From positions 96,001 through 160,000 of the forward strand of contig JBCBZT010000005.1 in the NCBI GenBank assembly GCA_039815185.1: a DNA stretch of 64,000 nucleotides, written 5' to 3'. Made by a program: the position numbers and the translations under genes. The notes beneath the pieces were generated by a model. It did no database searches. It saw nothing but the letters and a program-made list of their open reading frames with translations, and was not told where the DNA came from. Source of the stretch: Cyanobacteria bacterium P01_A01_bin.123. GTDB lineage: Bacteria; Cyanobacteriota; Cyanobacteriia; Phormidesmidales; Phormidesmidaceae. Positions 59,941-64,000 of this stretch are shown here, piece by piece. How positions within the stretch are numbered: the stretch's first letter is position 1; every line of letters begins with the position of its first letter.

Positions 59941-61113
59941 CTACGCAGTCGGGCGTTGCACGCGAATCACGTAATAGGCTTGTGGGTCAGTGATGACCGG
60001 CAATCCCGTTTGATAGCTTTCACCCCCCATGCCGACCGGCTTCTTCTCATTCATCCAAGTGTGAATGGTGCGTCCGCTGGCGTCTTTGCCAGGGTTGCGA
60101 CCCACACCGTAATAGCCCAAGGTGTCGTTGAGGACGATGGAGCCATCAGTAAAGCCGCTGATATCAGTATTAGTGGCCCCCACATAGTCGCTGGCGATTT
60201 CGTAGTTGCGCTGGGTGCTACCGACCATCAATAGATAGTCGTAGCCCGCTTCTACATCCATGTAACGATTGAAGCCAACCTCGCTTTCGTAGCCGCCGTT
60301 GTAGCGGGTTAACACCGGATAGCCTTCGTCTGTGAACACATCATCCAGGATTTGATTGCTCACCCGGTTGGTTGAGCTGACAATCTCACTGTTGGAGTTG
60401 ACCACCACGAATGAGGTGCGCTTGATCACCTCAGCGTTAAGCCGCAGAGTCCTTGCAAGATAAGGCGTGGCATACATGCTGGTCACGTCATACCCTAGGC
60501 CATTGAGCTTTTCTAAGCCTGCTTCAATGTCATCAAATGGATCGTAGGTATTCAGGTTCCAGCCTTGAGGCGCAGCCTGGGTGCCACCAGGAATCGTAAC
60601 GACGTGGTCAGCAGGACGATAGTAATTGATCGGCTCCATTTGGCCATTGATCGTTTGGCGAGTGGTTACTGCTGTCAGGAGTGCCTGCCAACGCTGAATC
60701 TCATTCTTGATGACATGAGGCTGAAGCAGCTCGAGGTCAGTCCATCCGATGACCCGCGACATCGCTTCCATGTCGCCGCCGCGCATCAGCAGCTTGCGCA
60801 AGTCATCGTAGTCCTTGCCAGTTAAGTCTTTTTGAGTGTCGGTATGGCCCAGGTCAACGCGGAAGCTGCCGATCAGATGGCCGTTCTTTTGCTTCTGAGT
60901 TGGGCTGTAACGGTTGTTGTCGAGGGCAGGGCGAGTCCGATAACGAACCTGAGTTTCTTCGTAGGCGTTCTCTTCAACAATTCGCTCAGGGAGGATTCGT
61001 GCGCCAAGTAGCGGCTGACGCTCGGAGCCAAATTGAGCTTGAGGATCGAGCGCGAGGCGCTGAAAATAACGCTCCTCTTGCAACTCTTCATAAAGTTCGT
61101 AAAAGGTTTTCAT
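59941..61113 (-). CDS. major capsid protein (lambda E-like)
   Basis: ~390 aa after decoration and scaffold genes; E..RWQAL, W...T.DPFDDIE, LPVITDP; ATG at 61113 with GAGG RBS. Confidence 0.85.
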   Translation of the reverse strand: MKTFYELYEELQEERYFQRLALDPQAQFGSERQPLLGARILPERIVEENAYEETQVRYRTRPALDNNRYSPTQKQKNGHLIGSFRVDLGHTDTQKDLTGKDYDDLRKLLMRGGDMEAMSRVIGWTDLELLQPHVIKNEIQRWQALLTAVTTRQTINGQMEPINYYRPADHVVTIPGGTQAAPQGWNLNTYDPFDDIEAGLEKLNGLGYDVTSMYATPYLARTLRLNAEVIKRTSFVVVNSNSEIVSSTNRVSNQILDDVFTDEGYPVLTRYNGGYESEVGFNRYMDVEAGYDYLLMVGSTQRNYEIASDYVGATNTDISGFTDGSIVLNDTLGYYGVGRNPGKDASGRTIHTWMNEKKPVGMGGESYQTGLPVITDPQAYYVIRVQRPTA

Positions 61114-61135
61114 TGCGGCCTCTCGCGCCTGTGAT

Positions 61136-61154
61136 GTCAGCGAGAGGATTCCTA
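61136..61154 (-). promoter_or_regulatory. late motif copy upstream of the capsid gene
   Basis: TAGGAATCCTC-TCGC-TGAC, 41 nt before ATG. Confidence 0.75.
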
Positions 61155-61158
61155 TGCG

Positions 61159-61186
61159 CAAAAACCCCGTGATTGCTCACGGGGTT
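61159..61186 (-). terminator. intrinsic terminator between the decoration and capsid genes
   Basis: Minus strand AACCCCGTGA-GCAA-TCACGGGGTT-TTTG. Confidence 0.7.
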
Positions 61187-61211
61187 ACTTTGTCAATATC
61201 GAGCGTTGATC

Positions 61212-61835
61212 TTAACTGGGGTAGACCAGGCAATCATAAAGTTCTCGAATCTTGGCTTGTTGAGCCGCTGTCATATCAGCCCATCCAGGTAGCTTATTCT
61301 CGTAAATCTGGGTGTCATGACGCACTAGGGTGATGCCTGCATCCTGCTCTAGATATTCGTTTTGGAAAGCTACGAGATGGATCTCATCATCATTGGCAAC
61401 ATCAGCCACGCCAAAGCCTGTACCTGCAGCGCGTTCAGTATAGGTGCGACCTACTAGCACCCCGGAGCGAGCAACAGTGCGCCCACTGGAGCCCGGATAG
61501 TCATAACTATCGCCATCTGCGGTATTAGCTGCCAAGGTGCCCGTTAGGGTGGTGGCCCCTCGGTTGGCACGCTTCTCAAGAGCGAGCAGCTTGCCGCTGC
61601 CAAAATCTAGAATGACTCCTCTCAAGATGTTGCCCTGCAGTGCTTGGGTCAGCGTTAGCTCAACGCCACTTCCTGCCACTGCCGCGCCACTTAGGGTTAG
61701 CGTCTGTTCATCGGAATAGCCAAATTCACTAATCTCTGCCTGGGTACCTGCTGGCACCAAGCATCTGTCGGTAAGCTCCTCAGCCGCCCATTCGGGCATT
61801 TGCATGGTTTGGGATTCCCAGGTCACTCCAGGCAT
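61212..61835 (-). CDS. head decoration-like protein
   Basis: Lies between scaffold and capsid; SGVLVGR, IYENKLP. Confidence 0.65.
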   Translation of the reverse strand: MPGVTWESQTMQMPEWAAEELTDRCLVPAGTQAEISEFGYSDEQTLTLSGAAVAGSGVELTLTQALQGNILRGVILDFGSGKLLALEKRANRGATTLTGTLAANTADGDSYDYPGSSGRTVARSGVLVGRTYTERAAGTGFGVADVANDDEIHLVAFQNEYLEQDAGITLVRHDTQIYENKLPGWADMTAAQQAKIRELYDCLVYPS

Positions 61836-61862
61836 GGTTAAAGTCCTCGTTTTTGTTAGGCG

Positions 61863-62543
61863 TTATTGTTCGGTGGCAAGGGATTTAGCGCCTGACCTGT
61901 GCTTGCTCAGGTAGCTAGTGAGAGGATTCAAGTCACTCCCACCCTTGGGTGAGCCACTGGGCAGTTGGGTCTTCTTGCCCTTGGTGTCGTTGCCGCCCTT
62001 GGGTGGTTCAGTTGTGGGGAACAGTGCAGGGATGAAGGCTTTCAGCGCGTCATCGCCCTCGACGTACTCACGCAGTGGCTTATCGCCCAACTTGACGCCA
62101 TCGTCTGCGATCGCCAGCTCATCAACCTTGTCACCAAGCAGCTTCTCGAGCACCTCAACACTCGCCCCTGCCTTGGTCGCAACCTCAGACAGTTTGGTGC
62201 GGCGTTCGGCGGTTTTTACCTTCCCTTCTGCTTCAGTGGCTCGGGTTTCGAGTGCGGTCTTATCCGTTCGCAGCTTTTCAGCTTCGGAGACCAGCCCCGT
62301 TACTTTGGTCTGTGCGTTTTCTAGGATTGCATCGACATCGCCTTCAATGCCTAGCGCCTTGCCGATCGCTTCCAGAGCGGTCTGCATCGACTGGGCCTTG
62401 GTGGTGGCGTTACGCTTTTCGCCAATGATCTCGAAATTCTTGCTGTTGAGGCGTTCCACTTCTCCTTCAACCGCAGATACCAGATCTGCCGCATCATCAA
62501 CTTCCAGAGCCTTGATGCGCTTTAGGGCTTCCTTGTAATCCAT
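61863..62543 (-). CDS. capsid scaffolding-like protein
   Basis: Acidic coiled coil with flexible G/P-rich tail. Confidence 0.7.
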   Translation of the reverse strand: MDYKEALKRIKALEVDDAADLVSAVEGEVERLNSKNFEIIGEKRNATTKAQSMQTALEAIGKALGIEGDVDAILENAQTKVTGLVSEAEKLRTDKTALETRATEAEGKVKTAERRTKLSEVATKAGASVEVLEKLLGDKVDELAIADDGVKLGDKPLREYVEGDDALKAFIPALFPTTEPPKGGNDTKGKKTQLPSGSPKGGSDLNPLTSYLSKHRSGAKSLATEQ

Positions 62544-62562
62544 TGCGATACTGCTTCAGTAG

Positions 62563-62581
62563 GTCGCGGGGATGATTCCTA
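62563..62581 (-). promoter_or_regulatory. late motif copy upstream of the scaffold gene
   Basis: TAGGAATCATC-CCCG-CGAC, 38 nt before ATG. Confidence 0.75.
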
Positions 62582-63700
62582 CCCAGCCACTGTCATGCGC
62601 CAAGAATGACGCCACCCACGGGGAGTTAATGTCTCTATGCGTTGCTCCGCATAATTCCAAACGCATTGTGGAAATTCGACAATGTAGTTGTTTCCTATTG
62701 GCGATTCATGCCTCACTAGGATGCGTGAAGGCCAGCGCATAAACGCTGGATCAAAGTAACGTCTGGGCTCTATTTGAAGTTCACCGTTAACTGGAACGAT
62801 ATCAACTAGTCCCGTGAGATCTACTCGGGGTAGATCCTGTTCTGCCTCTTCAACTTCATCCCAAAAAACATCTCTTGCCGATGGCCGTCGCCAACCCTGC
62901 CAATGCAGAGCCGCTTCCCGCTCTGCATTGCGAGATCGCTCCTTTGCCTCTTCACTACGCCGCTGGGCTTCAGGGGTTTTCGTGCTTTCCCAATCGGGGC
63001 AATCGTCCCCATCTGGGCCGTAGGGATGGATGCCGCATATTAGTGTTGGATGGCGATCGCCGTCATCTGAGCGGTATTTGCCGCCGACATAGTTGGCGCA
63101 GCTCTGGCAGGGGTTGGGCGACTGCGGCTGACCACTGACATCGAAACCTGAATAGCCTACGATTTCTCGGGTTTCGATATTTCCATCTTCGTCGATGCCG
63201 ATAGGTACTTCCTGAACAACACGCCGAAACGAGCCAAAGCCCCTTCCGTAGACGGTACCACTCCTAAATTCAGTAATTCCGCCCTCAAAAGAATTGGCAT
63301 TGATAAAGACACCGCTCTGCACCCTCTCCAAAGCAGCATTGATAGAGAACCCCATTGCAACATAGCGACTAACCTCTTCAGCTACTCCGATGCCATGCTC
63401 AAGAATCAGTGCCCTAGCATCCTCTGGGACGAGCGGAGTTAGCGTACTGAGCCGCATCGCCTGTTCTTCAATCTCGATCATGCGCTGTATGCCGCTTGCG
63501 CCAATACTTCCAAAGCTAGACATAGCCGCACCAAGGTCAGAGAAAGCTACGCCTAGGCTCGCGATCGCCGCCCTGGACTGTTCGCTGGCTCTAGTAATCG
63601 CAGCTAACATCTCTGGGGCAGCCATAAGCAGGGTTGAAGGCTTCGAGGCTCTATGTGCCCGCGATCGCCCTCGCTCCCGTCTTTTCTGCCGTTTGCCCAT
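62579..63700 (-). CDS. phage hypothetical protein with Cys-rich (DUF6464-like) domain
   Basis: PCQSCANY...LICGIHPYGP...CPDWE. Confidence 0.65.
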   Translation of the reverse strand: MGKRQKRRERGRSRAHRASKPSTLLMAAPEMLAAITRASEQSRAAIASLGVAFSDLGAAMSSFGSIGASGIQRMIEIEEQAMRLSTLTPLVPEDARALILEHGIGVAEEVSRYVAMGFSINAALERVQSGVFINANSFEGGITEFRSGTVYGRGFGSFRRVVQEVPIGIDEDGNIETREIVGYSGFDVSGQPQSPNPCQSCANYVGGKYRSDDGDRHPTLICGIHPYGPDGDDCPDWESTKTPEAQRRSEEAKERSRNAEREAALHWQGWRRPSARDVFWDEVEEAEQDLPRVDLTGLVDIVPVNGELQIEPRRYFDPAFMRWPSRILVRHESPIGNNYIVEFPQCVWNYAEQRIETLTPRGWRHSWRMTVAG

Positions 63701-63744
63701 GCGTTGGTCGAAGTGAAGATAGCCCCATGATGGCTCATGAATCG

Positions 63745-63939
63745 TTAGCTGGAGCCAGGCGCGATCGGCTCAAACTGAATACCGTTGTCACCTTCTACAG
63801 GGAGAATATGATCTATGTGCCCTGAGGCAATGGGCATGGGAATACCATTCGGGAAAGCCTCGCAAGTCCACCCTTTGTCGCTGTTGCGCTGCATTGGTCT
63901 AAGGTGCTTGCAGCTACTACAACCCGGCCAATCTTCCAT
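63745..63939 (-). CDS. small Cys-rich phage protein
   Basis: CSSCKH...CEAFPNGIP...DH..PVEGDNGIQFEP; GGAGG RBS; TAATG-coupled to the upstream gene. Confidence 0.75.
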   Translation of the reverse strand: MEDWPGCSSCKHLRPMQRNSDKGWTCEAFPNGIPMPIASGHIDHILPVEGDNGIQFEPIAPGSS

Positions 63940-64000
63940 TAGAAGTCCTCCTCCTCAGACCATTGCTCAGTGTAATTAATGACCTCTGAGTTATCGATTT
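63939..64000 (-). CDS. 3' end of an upstream phage gene (partial)
   Basis: ...IDNSEVINYTEQWSEEEDF* with the stop overlapping the next ATG. Confidence 0.55.
   Translation of the reverse strand, partial: IDNSEVINYTEQWSEEEDF

Larger units (their letters stand above)
40203..64000. mobile_element. prophage late region (siphovirus-like), probably integrated at tRNA-His and continuing past the window
   Basis: Scaffold, decoration, capsid, neck, tail tube, tape-measure and tail genes in canonical order; abuts the tRNA. Confidence 0.93.

Noticed and set aside
61114..61161. TTG-initiated N-terminal extension of the capsid ORF
   Set aside because: The region holds the terminator end, the late motif and the RBS; ATG at 61113 is the better start
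61918..62538. 206-aa plus-strand ORF and similar antisense ORFs across the window
   Set aside because: Ser-rich shadows of real genes on the opposite strand

Overview
Cyanobacterial chromosome segment. HIP1 (GCGATCGC) is abundant, and heptamer tandem repeats suggest a filamentous strain. Positions 1-40.2 kb are host genes: an ECF-like sigma gene and its partner, ggt, a Co/Ni ECF transporter operon split by a ~13 kb glycosyltransferase/sulfotransferase island (cbiMQ ... cbiO), a degenerate EAL protein, a repeat-flanked sensor kinase, msrA, an MFS transporter, trmJ, a class A serine hydrolase, VWA, GNAT, HtrA, LysM-M23 and HDAC genes, and tRNA-His. From the tRNA-His 3' end to the window edge lies the late (head/tail) region of a siphovirus-like prophage. 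It carries a Tad2/DUF2829-like anti-defence gene, a GH10-like glycosidase and an oppositely oriented 6 kb fibre module. The main finding is an 8-copy motif (TAGGAAYYHTC-N4-CGAM) 36-42 nt upstream of late-gene starts. In most copies it also base-pairs with the gene's own RBS or start codon, suggesting a coupled late-promoter/translational-lock system. All family assignments are by eye, without database searches.
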